Source: an uncultured Gammaproteobacteria bacterium (lineage in GTDB: Bacteria; Patescibacteriota; Patescibacteriia; Magasanikbacterales; GWA2-37-8). From it: a stretch of 64,000 nucleotides of DNA. Below the pieces are notes generated by a model, which did no database searches, was not told where the DNA came from, and saw nothing but the letters and a program-made list of their open reading frames with translations. Shown one piece after another: positions 26,119 through 36,042 of this stretch (positions are counted from its first letter, which is position 1; each line of letters begins with the position of its first letter). The stretch lies in assembly GCA_964510885.1 (NCBI GenBank), contig CAZEDL010000006.1, positions 12,531-76,530 of the forward strand, in the 5' to 3' direction. A program made the translations under genes and the position numbers.

Positions 26119-28236
26119 ATGAAACCATCCGCCCCCATCACCATCCTCCCTGGTGTTGGCAAAAAAGCCGCTGACCTCCTGCATCGCCTGGGCGTCTACA
26201 CCCTTCAGGATTTATTGTATTACTTCCCATTCCGCTACGAGGACTACCGTACGATCACTCCGATTGCGAATCTCGCCAATGAAAGTTCAGTCACCATCAA
26301 AGGCAGAATTGAACTGATTGCCAACAAGCGCTCACCGCGGCGGCGCCTAAATATTACTGAAGCCTTGGTGAGCGACGGCACTGATGAAGTCAGGGTCATC
26401 TGGTTCAATCAGGCCTTCTTGGCTAGCGCTCTGCAGCCTGGTGACGAAGTTTTTTTGGCGGGAAAAATAAAGCACGATCTGCTCGGTTTGCAGCTCCAAA
26501 GCCCGCTCTATGAAAAGATATATCCGGGCCGCGAGGCGAGCTATAGTGCCCGGCTCTTGCCAGTATACCCGCTCACGAGCGGAATTACTCAAAAACAAAT
26601 GCGCAGCTTCGTGGTTGCCGCCTTGCCAGCCGCCGACGAAATTATCGATTGGCTACCACCACCCATCCGCACTGCGGAAAAATTACCCACCCTCACTGAG
26701 GCCTTGCGGGGAGTGCACTTTCCTAAAACTGATACCGAACGCACCGTAGGTACGGAACGTCTTAAATTTGACGAGTTGTTTTTGGTTCAACTCCAGGCGG
26801 TGCAGGCGCACTTGGCGCGCGCCACGCACCCGGCCCCGGCTATGGACTTTAAAGAATCTGATATTCGGTCATTTGTCGCCTCACTGCCCTTCACCTTGAC
26901 CCCAGCCCAAAAAGTGGCCGCCTGGGAAATTATGCAAGATATGGGTCGATCACTCCCGATGAATCGCTTGCTTTCAGGTGATGTTGGTTCAGGTAAAACC
27001 GTCGTAGCGGCCATGGCCCTCTATCTTGCTACCCTCCACGGCTATCAGGGAATGATCATGGCGCCGACAGAAATTTTAGCGATGCAGCATTATAGCTCGC
27101 TGCAGCGATTACTCGGAAAGTTTGCTCCGGTTGGGCTGCTTACCGGCAGCACCTGTGCGATTTCGACCAATGATTTGCCGGGCACGAGCAGGAAAGCCGC
27201 TAAAGAAGACTGGCAGCGCCGTTTTAGAGACGGGCAGATTGCAGTTGCTATTGGTACGCACGCACTCTTATCACCTGATGTCACTGCCCGCCGCCTTGGC
27301 CTGGTGGTAGTCGATGAACAGCATCGCTTTGGCGTTGATCACCGGCGGACAATTAAAGAGAAAGGGGAGACCGTACATTTTCTAAGCATGACGGCCACGC
27401 CAATCCCGCGCACCCTGGCACTAGTATTCTATGGCGATGTGGCACTCTCGACTATTCGCACCTTGCCCCCGGGTCGTAAGCCAATTATCACGCGACTAGT
27501 GGAACCAGGGAAGCGCAGTGACGCCTATCAATTTATCAGGCAACAGGTTCAAGCTGGTCGCCAGGTGTTTGTAGTCTGTCCACTTATCAGTAGCACACCT
27601 CCCGACGAATCACCCGAAGCCGAACGTATTTTGTTTACCACTGCCCCGCTGACTGCAGAAAAAAAATCAGTGCTGAGTGAATATAAAAAATTATCCGAAG
27701 AAATTTTCCCGGATCTTAAGGTGCGGTATTTACACGGTAAGATGCCATCGGCAGAAAAAGATACTATCATGCAGGATTTTAAAGAGCGTAAATTCGATAT
27801 CCTAGTATCAACCTCAGTAATTGAAGTTGGTGTGGATGTTCCAAATGCGAGCGTGATGATGATCGAAGGCGCTGATCGTTTTGGTCTGGCGCAGCTGCAT
27901 CAATTCCGGGGCCGTGTGGGTCGCTCCGATCATCAGTCATATTGCTTTTTATTTACCGATGTTGGCGCTCGCCCAATCTGGGAACGACTCCAGTTTTTTG
28001 CCAGCCATAGTAATGGTTTCACGCTGGCGGAAAAAGATTTAGAAGTGCGGGGCCCCGGGCAAGTGTATGGCGTCGCGCAGAGCGGCCTCATGCAGCTGCG
28101 CCTGGCAAAAATTGGTGACACTGAATTAATCACTCGCGCTCGGGCTGCGGCCGAGCAGGTTGCGGAGCGCATATCACAGTGGCCGCTGCTTAAAAAGCAC
28201 CTGCGAACAGTAGGGGAGGCAATTCATCTCGAATAA
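26119..28236 (+). CDS. recG: ATP-dependent DNA helicase RecG
   Basis: Wedge domain, GDVGSGKT, DEQHRFG, MTATPIPRTL, QLHQFRGRVGR. Confidence 0.96.
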   Translation: MKPSAPITILPGVGKKAADLLHRLGVYTLQDLLYYFPFRYEDYRTITPIANLANESSVTIKGRIELIANKRSPRRRLNITEALVSDGTDEVRVIWFNQAFLASALQPGDEVFLAGKIKHDLLGLQLQSPLYEKIYPGREASYSARLLPVYPLTSGITQKQMRSFVVAALPAADEIIDWLPPPIRTAEKLPTLTEALRGVHFPKTDTERTVGTERLKFDELFLVQLQAVQAHLARATHPAPAMDFKESDIRSFVASLPFTLTPAQKVAAWEIMQDMGRSLPMNRLLSGDVGSGKTVVAAMALYLATLHGYQGMIMAPTEILAMQHYSSLQRLLGKFAPVGLLTGSTCAISTNDLPGTSRKAAKEDWQRRFRDGQIAVAIGTHALLSPDVTARRLGLVVVDEQHRFGVDHRRTIKEKGETVHFLSMTATPIPRTLALVFYGDVALSTIRTLPPGRKPIITRLVEPGKRSDAYQFIRQQVQAGRQVFVVCPLISSTPPDESPEAERILFTTAPLTAEKKSVLSEYKKLSEEIFPDLKVRYLHGKMPSAEKDTIMQDFKERKFDILVSTSVIEVGVDVPNASVMMIEGADRFGLAQLHQFRGRVGRSDHQSYCFLFTDVGARPIWERLQFFASHSNGFTLAEKDLEVRGPGQVYGVAQSGLMQLRLAKIGDTELITRARAAAEQVAERISQWPLLKKHLRTVGEAIHLE

Positions 28237-28243
28237 AAATTAT

Positions 28244-28281
28244 AAAAATAAAAATCGCCTCGAGTGGGCGATTTTTATTTT
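28244..28281. terminator. Bidirectional terminator
   Basis: AAAATAAAAATCGCC-tcgagtg-GGCGATTTTTATTTT. Confidence 0.75.
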
Positions 28282-28287
28282 GAAATA

Positions 28288-29625
28288 TTAAGCCAAGGTA
28301 ATCAACTCTTTAATATTAGTTACTCCGATTAGTTTCACATTTTTAGAGGTCGGAGATTTGGTTGGTAACCTGGTAATCACCCGTTTAATGCCAAGTAGCT
28401 CACATTCTTTGAGTCGTTTTTCAAGTTGTGCCACTGCCCGAATCTCACCACCAAGTCCGACTTCGCCCATGGCTACGAGATCAGCGCCGGCCGGTTTGTC
28501 TTTATACGCGCTTGCAACCGCCAATGCAACCGCCAGGTCGGCTCCTGGTTCGGCTGCATCAATGCCGCCAACTACGTTGATATGGACATCGTATTGCTCA
28601 AGTTGTAGCCCGGCACGCTTTTGCAGCACTGCAATCAATACGTGGAGACGGTTCAAATCAAATCCGCTTGCTTTTCGCACTGGGTAACCAAAGCCAGTGC
28701 GTGTCACGAGTGCTTGCACTTCAACTAGGAGCGGCCGTGTCCCTTCCATCAGGCAGGTCAAAATGCTTCCGGGCACATGCTCACCGCGCTCCGCAAGGAG
28801 TGCGGCCGACGGGTTAGATACTTCGCTAAGGCCCGTGCCAGTCATTTCAAGCACGGCCACTTCATCGGTCGCTCCAAAGCGATTCTTCACTGCCCTGAGC
28901 AAGCGATAGTGTCCGCGCCGCTCACCTTCCACATATAGCACTGTATCCACCAGATGTTCGAGAGTCTTTGGCCCGGCTACGGAGCCTTCTTTGGTGACAT
29001 GCCCAATAATGATGAGAGCGATGGTGTTTTGTTTAGCCACTTCGAGGAGTTTGGTGGTACAGGCGCGTACTTGGGTCATCGCCCCTGGTTCACCTTCCAC
29101 TTCATTCGAAGAAATAGTTTGAATTGAATCAATGATCGCTACGGGTGGACGCTCTTTTTTAAGCGTAGCAATAATTGTTTCGACATTTGATTCGGCGGCC
29201 AAGCGCAGTGTGGCCGGCGGCACGCCCAGTCGGTCAGCACGGAGCTTTACTTGTTGCACGGATTCCTCTCCCGAAAAATATAAGCTGTGCGGTAATGCTA
29301 ATGCCAATTGCAGAGCGAGTGTTGATTTGCCGATACCAGGTTCGCCACCAAGTAGGGTCAAGCTGCCTGGCACAATGCCGCCGCCAAACACCCGCCCGAC
29401 TTCACTCTGCGAGAGTTTCAGGCGCTGCATTGTTTCATGCTTAATGTCGGTGAGGCTGCTCAATTGTGCCGGAGCGACGGCTGAGCTGTCTGCACCAGAT
29501 CGGCTGGCAGAGGGCACCGGCTCTTTGCCGATCGTGCCCCATTTACCGCACTCTAAACAGCGCCCAATCCATTTAGTGAATTGGGCGCCGCAGTTAGAAC
29601 AGATGAAGAGCGTGGTCTGTTTCAT
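28288..29625 (-). CDS. radA: DNA repair protein RadA/Sms
   Basis: CSNCG..WIGRCLECGKW Zn finger, GEPGIGKSTL, KNRFG, Lon-like C-terminus. Confidence 0.96.
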   Translation of the reverse strand: MKQTTLFICSNCGAQFTKWIGRCLECGKWGTIGKEPVPSASRSGADSSAVAPAQLSSLTDIKHETMQRLKLSQSEVGRVFGGGIVPGSLTLLGGEPGIGKSTLALQLALALPHSLYFSGEESVQQVKLRADRLGVPPATLRLAAESNVETIIATLKKERPPVAIIDSIQTISSNEVEGEPGAMTQVRACTTKLLEVAKQNTIALIIIGHVTKEGSVAGPKTLEHLVDTVLYVEGERRGHYRLLRAVKNRFGATDEVAVLEMTGTGLSEVSNPSAALLAERGEHVPGSILTCLMEGTRPLLVEVQALVTRTGFGYPVRKASGFDLNRLHVLIAVLQKRAGLQLEQYDVHINVVGGIDAAEPGADLAVALAVASAYKDKPAGADLVAMGEVGLGGEIRAVAQLEKRLKECELLGIKRVITRLPTKSPTSKNVKLIGVTNIKELITLA

Positions 29626-29627
29626 AC

Positions 29628-31007
29628 TTATTTTTTGTCCACGTATACGGCCGTATTAAACGATTCTAGAACTTGTTCTGGCGTCATTGTCATGATTCGC
29701 TTATTTTTATTCGATCCCGGATCATTCACTCCAATTGTCTTGTCGTTAATATATCCAGTCAAAACCACATAGTGCCCTTGGTAGGTTTTTCCCGGCAGCC
29801 CATCTTTATTAAGGCCGTTGCACGGGGCGCAGTTGAAGACGATCGGTTTACCTTGCTTTAAGAGGCCTAAAATTTCGCCTTTTTTAATCACCTTGCCAGT
29901 GAGATTTTTCCACGGCCAACCATTTTTGAGGGTGCTTGGCTGCCAGGCGCCGGTGCAACCGAGCCCCCATTTACCGGTATCAAGCGGGGTGACTGATTCG
30001 CCATAAAAAGCCAATACCATCGCGAGGCTCGTCGATCCGCAGCCGCGTCGTTGGATAGTAGTGCAATCAGTGCGGCCGACCTGCGATTCTGGAAGTGGCC
30101 AGCCCTTGTCGCCTGGTTTCATCTTGGCCCACGGCCCCTCCCACTGCGCAAAATAAGGGACATTTTGATTGCCGGTTTGCGCATCCGCCGACCCGTCTCG
30201 AGCTGGTTCATCGGCCTCATCAACGAAAATTGGCTTCTCTTTGATATAGGTGATCTTTAAAAATTTAAAATTGGTCAAATCAGGATTCACCGTATTTAAA
30301 ATTGTGAATGACCCCCACAGTATGCATAGGCCAATAATAACCTCGCCAATTTTTTGGAGCCCCTCACTTTTCATGTCTCCGCCTCCCGATATTGCGATCA
30401 TAATGCCATAACGAATCACCATGATTACCGCCACAATACTGCCAACTGCCAGTGCATATTTGTAAATCGCTATCAAGTATTCGCCTAACCACGGAACCGG
30501 TGCTGCTCCGTCGGCATCTAGGGAGCCGTCAGTTTTGCTAAATAATAAACCAGGTATGCGAATGGCGGTCCGAGGCGGTTTCAAATCTTTGGCGATTTCC
30601 GTATAGATTTTCTCGTCTTCTGTGGCTTGATTATTTTTTTCCAGACAATCTTTGAGGGTGGGGAAGCGGGGTTTATCGATGCATTTTTCTGATTCAGTGA
30701 AGCCTGCTAGACACTGGTCGCCATACAGACAAAACCCTGATGATAAGACACTATTTTTCTGATCCTCGCAAAGTTGCATCTCAGAGTAAGCTTTGATGAA
30801 CTGCTTTTCAGGATCAAGAGATTCGTCAGCGCACTTATATTCAAATAGCTGCGTCGTACAGACCGCTTCACTTTTTTCCCGGTAGGCTGATAGGCAATAA
30901 TACGTTGCCGCCGATGGCCGAGCGAATCCAAAAATGCCAACCATGGAACTAAGTACAAACAATAAGCCAAAGACGATCCGTCGGCTGGAAAAGAAGTGGT
31001 TAAACAT
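29628..31007 (-). CDS. Secreted/membrane protein: Cys-rich N-terminus, pilin-like TM pair, C39-like peptidase
   Basis: Signal peptide; two TM helices; VPYFAQ..W, GCGSTSLAM, GHYVVL, VNDP. Confidence 0.75.
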   Translation of the reverse strand: MFNHFFSSRRIVFGLLFVLSSMVGIFGFARPSAATYYCLSAYREKSEAVCTTQLFEYKCADESLDPEKQFIKAYSEMQLCEDQKNSVLSSGFCLYGDQCLAGFTESEKCIDKPRFPTLKDCLEKNNQATEDEKIYTEIAKDLKPPRTAIRIPGLLFSKTDGSLDADGAAPVPWLGEYLIAIYKYALAVGSIVAVIMVIRYGIMIAISGGGDMKSEGLQKIGEVIIGLCILWGSFTILNTVNPDLTNFKFLKITYIKEKPIFVDEADEPARDGSADAQTGNQNVPYFAQWEGPWAKMKPGDKGWPLPESQVGRTDCTTIQRRGCGSTSLAMVLAFYGESVTPLDTGKWGLGCTGAWQPSTLKNGWPWKNLTGKVIKKGEILGLLKQGKPIVFNCAPCNGLNKDGLPGKTYQGHYVVLTGYINDKTIGVNDPGSNKNKRIMTMTPEQVLESFNTAVYVDKK

Positions 31008-31015
31008 GTAGAAAA

Positions 31016-31675
31016 TTAAGGGGTGATAAACGACTCAAGCAGCTGGGCAAGATCAATATCTTCCTTCAAGTTTATCCATCGATTATTAATAAAAATTGTA
31101 GGATACTCGCTAATCCCAAGCTGCTGGTTAAAAGCTATCGCCGCGGTTATATGTTGCTCCGCTTCAGTCCCGGTGGCACAGCTCCACCAGGTATTCATCG
31201 GTAGTTGCAGTTGTTCGCCTGTGCGTTTCACTAACGGTTCATCGAGGTGGCTTTTTTTAGCAGCAAAAATCGCGGTCACAAATTCTGAAAAACGGCCAAT
31301 TTTTCCGGCGCAGTATGCCGCCTGATGGGCGAGAGTATTAGATTTGAGAAACAGTTTTTGTTCCGGCGCATGTTTGAAGATCAAACGAGCATCTTCGGGG
31401 TGGTTTGAAACAAAATCGGCGAGCACCATATGAATCTCGCCGCACCGGCTACAGCCGAGATCGGAAAATTCCATAATAGTGAGTGGTGCGCCAGGATTGC
31501 CGAGAACCGGCTCGGTAGCTTCGCCTGGAATGAATACCGATACGGGGCTAATGAGTGGGGCAGTCGACGGCCGAGTAGTAATCGACCAGGCCCGTTTGAT
31601 TTGCTGGATGAGTAAAACAGCAGCTCCCACGATCAAGAGGCATAAGATGAAAATCATTTTTTTATGGTGGGTCAT
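31016..31675 (-). CDS. DsbA-like thioredoxin-fold protein
   Basis: LGNPGAPLTIMEFSDLGCSRC, FKHAP, GISEYPTIFIN; N-terminal TM. Confidence 0.85.
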   Translation of the reverse strand: MTHHKKMIFILCLLIVGAAVLLIQQIKRAWSITTRPSTAPLISPVSVFIPGEATEPVLGNPGAPLTIMEFSDLGCSRCGEIHMVLADFVSNHPEDARLIFKHAPEQKLFLKSNTLAHQAAYCAGKIGRFSEFVTAIFAAKKSHLDEPLVKRTGEQLQLPMNTWWSCATGTEAEQHITAAIAFNQQLGISEYPTIFINNRWINLKEDIDLAQLLESFITP

Positions 31676-31717
31676 AGGGTGAAAGTCAAGGGGGCTTCCG
31701 TAAAGGGTCGATAGGAA

Positions 31718-32953
31718 TTATAGTTTGGCCTCAAATACACCGCGTTGGGAAGGGTCGGTAAATAATACGCGGTTATTATTTTTATCGTAAGAAATGCTGT
31801 TAATATGATAGCTGCTGTCATCGCCGAGCGGGATCGATGTCTTAAGGCCGGTGCGGAGGTCAATTTTATACAAATCATCATAACTGCCAGCCGCTGCTTC
31901 TGGGGTCATGCCGGCTCCGACTGGCAAATCACGGGGCACAGCGCAAAATAAGGTGGTATCGTCCCCAAAGCTGCATTTGTCGGCCCAGGTATTAAGTTTC
32001 AGGCTCCGGCGGCTAGCACCAATATCGTCCCCGTAGGCGCTTGCAATCCACAATTCTGGTTTGAATTCAGTGCGTGCACTATCGACGCTGTATAGCAATT
32101 GTTTGCCGGTAGGCGACCATTTCGGTTGAAAATCAAGTCCTTCTACAATGAGTGATTTAAAATTTTCACCGTTCAAACCCACCAATAATACTTCGCGCCG
32201 ATCAGCCCCAAGGGGCTGGCCGGTTTGTGATAATGCCACGGTTTGGCGGCTCGGCGACCAATCAACCGTGACTTTGTCGCCATTGTCACCAAGAGGCTCA
32301 ATTGGAATAGTGCCACTACCGTCATCGTTGGTAACAATTAGCCAGCGATTTTCTGGCGACAAGCCCATGCTTTTGGAAGCAAATTGACTGCTGTCTGGCG
32401 AGAAAGAAAAATCTTCCCAGTGCTTAGGCAAGGTAACTTGCTGCTTAGTATTAAAATTATACAGAATTTTAGAGCCGTCCGGATATTCGAGGACTGCTTT
32501 GTCACTAGTATTAGCCCAGGTCACCTTGTCTACATTATAGAATTGCTGTTCGCTGAGAAGTTTGACGCTGCCATCTGCATTTAGTTTGTAAAACCGTCCA
32601 TCGCCGGCGTTCTCATAGCGCAGATTATTGTTGGTATCAAGCGATGGTGATTTGGTGATTACATCAAGCACTCGCGATACCGGTACCGGAGCATAGAAAC
32701 TCGGAGACGGGGTTGGGATCGGCCCTGCGGTAGGAAGGCCTGAATCTGGAGTAGGGGTGCCGCCGGGGTTAGGCGTAGAGGTGCGCGGCAGGGCACCCGG
32801 GAATTGGCTTCCCGGTGTAGGTTGAGCTCCTGGAATCTGGCCTGCATTCGGTAGTACCCCTTTCACAAAAAATAAGTAATAAATCCCAAACGCCAACAAG
32901 CCGGCAATCGTCAGAACCAGCAGCAGAAGTAAGATTTTTTTGAGCGGTGACAT
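31718..32953 (-). CDS. Membrane-anchored protein with Pro/Thr linker and beta-propeller
   Basis: TM, Pro-rich stalk, FSFSPD/WSPS/WSPTG repeats. Confidence 0.75.
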   Translation of the reverse strand: MSPLKKILLLLLVLTIAGLLAFGIYYLFFVKGVLPNAGQIPGAQPTPGSQFPGALPRTSTPNPGGTPTPDSGLPTAGPIPTPSPSFYAPVPVSRVLDVITKSPSLDTNNNLRYENAGDGRFYKLNADGSVKLLSEQQFYNVDKVTWANTSDKAVLEYPDGSKILYNFNTKQQVTLPKHWEDFSFSPDSSQFASKSMGLSPENRWLIVTNDDGSGTIPIEPLGDNGDKVTVDWSPSRQTVALSQTGQPLGADRREVLLVGLNGENFKSLIVEGLDFQPKWSPTGKQLLYSVDSARTEFKPELWIASAYGDDIGASRRSLKLNTWADKCSFGDDTTLFCAVPRDLPVGAGMTPEAAAGSYDDLYKIDLRTGLKTSIPLGDDSSYHINSISYDKNNNRVLFTDPSQRGVFEAKL

Positions 32954-32965
32954 ATGGCCAAAGAG

Positions 32966-33394
32966 TTAACTTTTTTTCTTAATTGCGTCGATGCGGTGCT
33001 TGTTTTTAAGGAGTAGATGAAAATCGTAGATCAAAGCAATTATTGGCGGGATTAGAAGCAGCCACCATAAAGAAAAACAAACACTCGTTACAGCAATAGC
33101 TTTGCGTAAGTCAGTGGAAATATTTTTAGCGTTTTTTAAGGTGTCTTTTGTTTTTTGTGCCACTGATTCAGTCTGGGTTTGTGCGTTAGCTTGGGCTTTG
33201 GCTGCCTCTAGTCGACTGGCCCATTCACGTTCTTCCCATTCATGCTCGTCCCATTCGGCCTCTTCCTGTTGTTTTTGCAGTGCTTCCTCTCGCCCTCTTT
33301 GTTGCTGTTGCAGTTCTTCTTGTCCTCGCTGGTTAGAGGGTGGAGTTTTTGATGCTCCTCCGGTACCATTTTTTGATGGGGTGCCTGATGCCAT
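32966..33394 (-). CDS. Hypothetical protein (coiled coil plus C-terminal TM)
   Basis: Tightly packed in operon between clpC and the propeller gene. Confidence 0.65.
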   Translation of the reverse strand: MASGTPSKNGTGGASKTPPSNQRGQEELQQQQRGREEALQKQQEEAEWDEHEWEEREWASRLEAAKAQANAQTQTESVAQKTKDTLKNAKNISTDLRKAIAVTSVCFSLWWLLLIPPIIALIYDFHLLLKNKHRIDAIKKKS

Positions 33395-33395
33395 A

Positions 33396-35939
33396 TCACT
33401 TGATAATCCAGGAACGGTTATCTCGCTTTAACTGATAGCTCGATTTAATCTTTTTTTGGCCGAGCACGTCAGAGAGTAACCGTTCGATCGTGCCCCTGAC
33501 CGTGCGTCGCACATCGCGAGCCCCCCGCGTGTCTTTCGGTAATTCGGATAGTAATTGTTCCAGTAGCCGCTGGTCAGCTTTAAGCTCGGTATGGTAGGCA
33601 TCAAGCCGACTATTGAGTTGTCTGATTTCAAGTTCAGCAATGCGGACTAAATCAGCCGATGTCAGCGGGTTGAATAGCAGAATTTCATCCAGCCGATTCA
33701 GGAGCTCTACCGAAAAGAACTCTTTTAGTCTGTCCCGAAGGCGCGAGTCGCGCTCCGAGCCGTTTTCGGCAGCACCTCCAAACCCGACAGCTCCTTTCTT
33801 GGCGTCTTCCGTGCCAAATGAGGTAGTTAGTATGAGTATAGCATGTTTTAAAGAAATTTTCTTGCCCGTAGCATCGGTAATTTCGCCATTTTCAAGCATT
33901 TGTAATAGTAGCTTGGTAACTTCTTTATGGGCTTTGTCGATCTCATCAAACAAAATAACACAATGCGGATTGAGTTTGATTTTGTCAGTGAAGCGATTGC
34001 TTTCTTTGTACCCCACATAGCCAGCCGGGGAGCCGAGCAGCTTTGATACGCCGAAACTTTCATTAAATTCACTCATGTCGAGTTTGATTAGTGCTTCTCG
34101 CCCTGGATACAGCGTACTCGCTAATTGTTTGGCTAGTTCAGTTTTGCCAACACCGCTTTCACCCACAAATAAAGCCGAAAACAAAGGTCGCTCGGGATGC
34201 GATAAGCCGAGTTGAGCTTGGTAAATATGCTGGGCCAACGAACGCACCACTTGATTCTGGCCTACAATCTTGGTGAGCAGAGTGTCTTCTAAGGTATGCC
34301 AATCCCGGTTGTTCTGATGGCGTAATTCCGCCGGTGAGGTATGGATAATCCGGGCAACTTGTTCGAGGATATCTTGCTCCGTGATACTGCCGAGCAGCTT
34401 CACTTTTTTACCGGCTTTATTAGCTTTTGACTGTTTTATTTTTTCTTCAGCTTCTTTGATTTCGGCCTGCAACTGATCTTCTAATTCTTTTTGTTTTACC
34501 GCTTCGGCAAACCGGTCAGTGCTAGCCGCTTCTTCTTTGGCCAAAATAGTTTTTTCAAGCCGCTGCTGCAGCCGCGCTAGCTTGGTGTGCCAGGATGACG
34601 ATTTAATGGTTAGGCGTTTTGCTGCCGCGGTTTCATCGAGCAGATCGATAGCCTTGTCCGGCAAAAATTTATTGCTGATATATCGATCCGACAAGCGCAC
34701 TGCCATTTCTACAGCCGCATCGCTAATACTGAGTCCGTGATAGGTTTCGTAGTTTTCTTTGATACCCTTTAGGATGGCGACAGCGTCGGTGAGGCTTGGC
34801 TCTGGTACGGTCACTGGCTGAAAACGCCGCTCTAACGCCGCATCGCTTTCAATATATTTTTTAAATTCCGCCGGCGTGGTCGCCCCAATACAGCGCACAT
34901 TGCCGCGTGATAGAGCCGGTTTCAAAATATTTCCCGCATCCATGGTGCCCTGATTCGAGCCGGCCCCCACGATATTGTGAATCTCATCGATAAATAAGAT
35001 GATGTTCGGATTGGCGTTCACTTCTTCCATTACCTGCCGGAGGCGCGCTTCAAATTCACCGCGATAAATGGTGCCAGCGATGAGGAGTCCCATATCGAGC
35101 GCGTAAATTTTTTTATTCAGTAGGCTGTCTGGTACTTCTCCGGCCAGAATTTTTTTGGCCAATCCTTCGACAATGGCTGTTTTGCCGACTCCGGGCTCGC
35201 CAAGCAGAACTGGATTATTTTTGGTGCGGCGCGACAGAATTTGGATCACGCGTAAAATTTCTGCCTCGCGGCCGATCACCGGGTCGATATTTTTTTGTAA
35301 ATCAGCGCGCGTCAGGTTGGTGGCAAAAAAATCGAGCGCATTATCTTTGCCTCTGCCTTTGGGGGCTAATCCGTGATGATGATTGTGGGGGGTGTTATTC
35401 TCGAGTGGGGGCATATTGTCGGGCAGATGATCCTGGATATGCTCAACTACATCCGCCACTTCGGTCAGGCGAGGGAATTGGGTGGCGTTCGACAGCACCG
35501 TTCCAAGTTGTTTATCGACTTCAGCGGGCTTTACTCCATTAACTGATAACAGATCCATCACCACGCGATCATTAAGCTGAATCAGGCCGGACAACAAATG
35601 TTCAGTGCCAATATAGGTATGCTGGTTTGATTCCGCTACCACCATCGCTTTTTCGAGCGCCACCTTAGACGCTTCGGAGAGCGGTGGCAGTTCTTTTTCT
35701 TTGACTCCGCTGAGGCGCGAGTCGCGATGTGAAGGGGTGGTGTAAATAGCCTGCTCCAGAGTTTTGGCAGTAAGCTTGAACCGGCTAATGATTTCGGCTC
35801 CCACCGATCCTTTTTGCCCGGATAAGGCAAAAAATAAATGAATCGGTTCCACTCTTGCGGCACGCACTTCAACTGCCACCCGGATACCCCGGGCGAGGGT
35901 TTCTTTGAGATGGGTAGAAAATCGGTCTAGTAGATGCAT
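33396..35939 (-). CDS. clpC: ATP-dependent Clp protease ATP-binding subunit (ClpC-type)
   Basis: Clp N repeats, [23 protein letters not shown]-like middle region, [19 protein letters not shown]. Confidence 0.9.
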   Translation of the reverse strand: MHLLDRFSTHLKETLARGIRVAVEVRAARVEPIHLFFALSGQKGSVGAEIISRFKLTAKTLEQAIYTTPSHRDSRLSGVKEKELPPLSEASKVALEKAMVVAESNQHTYIGTEHLLSGLIQLNDRVVMDLLSVNGVKPAEVDKQLGTVLSNATQFPRLTEVADVVEHIQDHLPDNMPPLENNTPHNHHHGLAPKGRGKDNALDFFATNLTRADLQKNIDPVIGREAEILRVIQILSRRTKNNPVLLGEPGVGKTAIVEGLAKKILAGEVPDSLLNKKIYALDMGLLIAGTIYRGEFEARLRQVMEEVNANPNIILFIDEIHNIVGAGSNQGTMDAGNILKPALSRGNVRCIGATTPAEFKKYIESDAALERRFQPVTVPEPSLTDAVAILKGIKENYETYHGLSISDAAVEMAVRLSDRYISNKFLPDKAIDLLDETAAAKRLTIKSSSWHTKLARLQQRLEKTILAKEEAASTDRFAEAVKQKELEDQLQAEIKEAEEKIKQSKANKAGKKVKLLGSITEQDILEQVARIIHTSPAELRHQNNRDWHTLEDTLLTKIVGQNQVVRSLAQHIYQAQLGLSHPERPLFSALFVGESGVGKTELAKQLASTLYPGREALIKLDMSEFNESFGVSKLLGSPAGYVGYKESNRFTDKIKLNPHCVILFDEIDKAHKEVTKLLLQMLENGEITDATGKKISLKHAILILTTSFGTEDAKKGAVGFGGAAENGSERDSRLRDRLKEFFSVELLNRLDEILLFNPLTSADLVRIAELEIRQLNSRLDAYHTELKADQRLLEQLLSELPKDTRGARDVRRTVRGTIERLLSDVLGQKKIKSSYQLKRDNRSWIIK

Positions 35940-36042
35940 ACGCGGCCTAGAAATATTCAAGAAATCAGTCTATTTATGGACATTAGACGCTCGTTAGTAT
36001 ACAATTTTTTTACCGCTAAGTCAAAATGAAATTTCTATCAAT

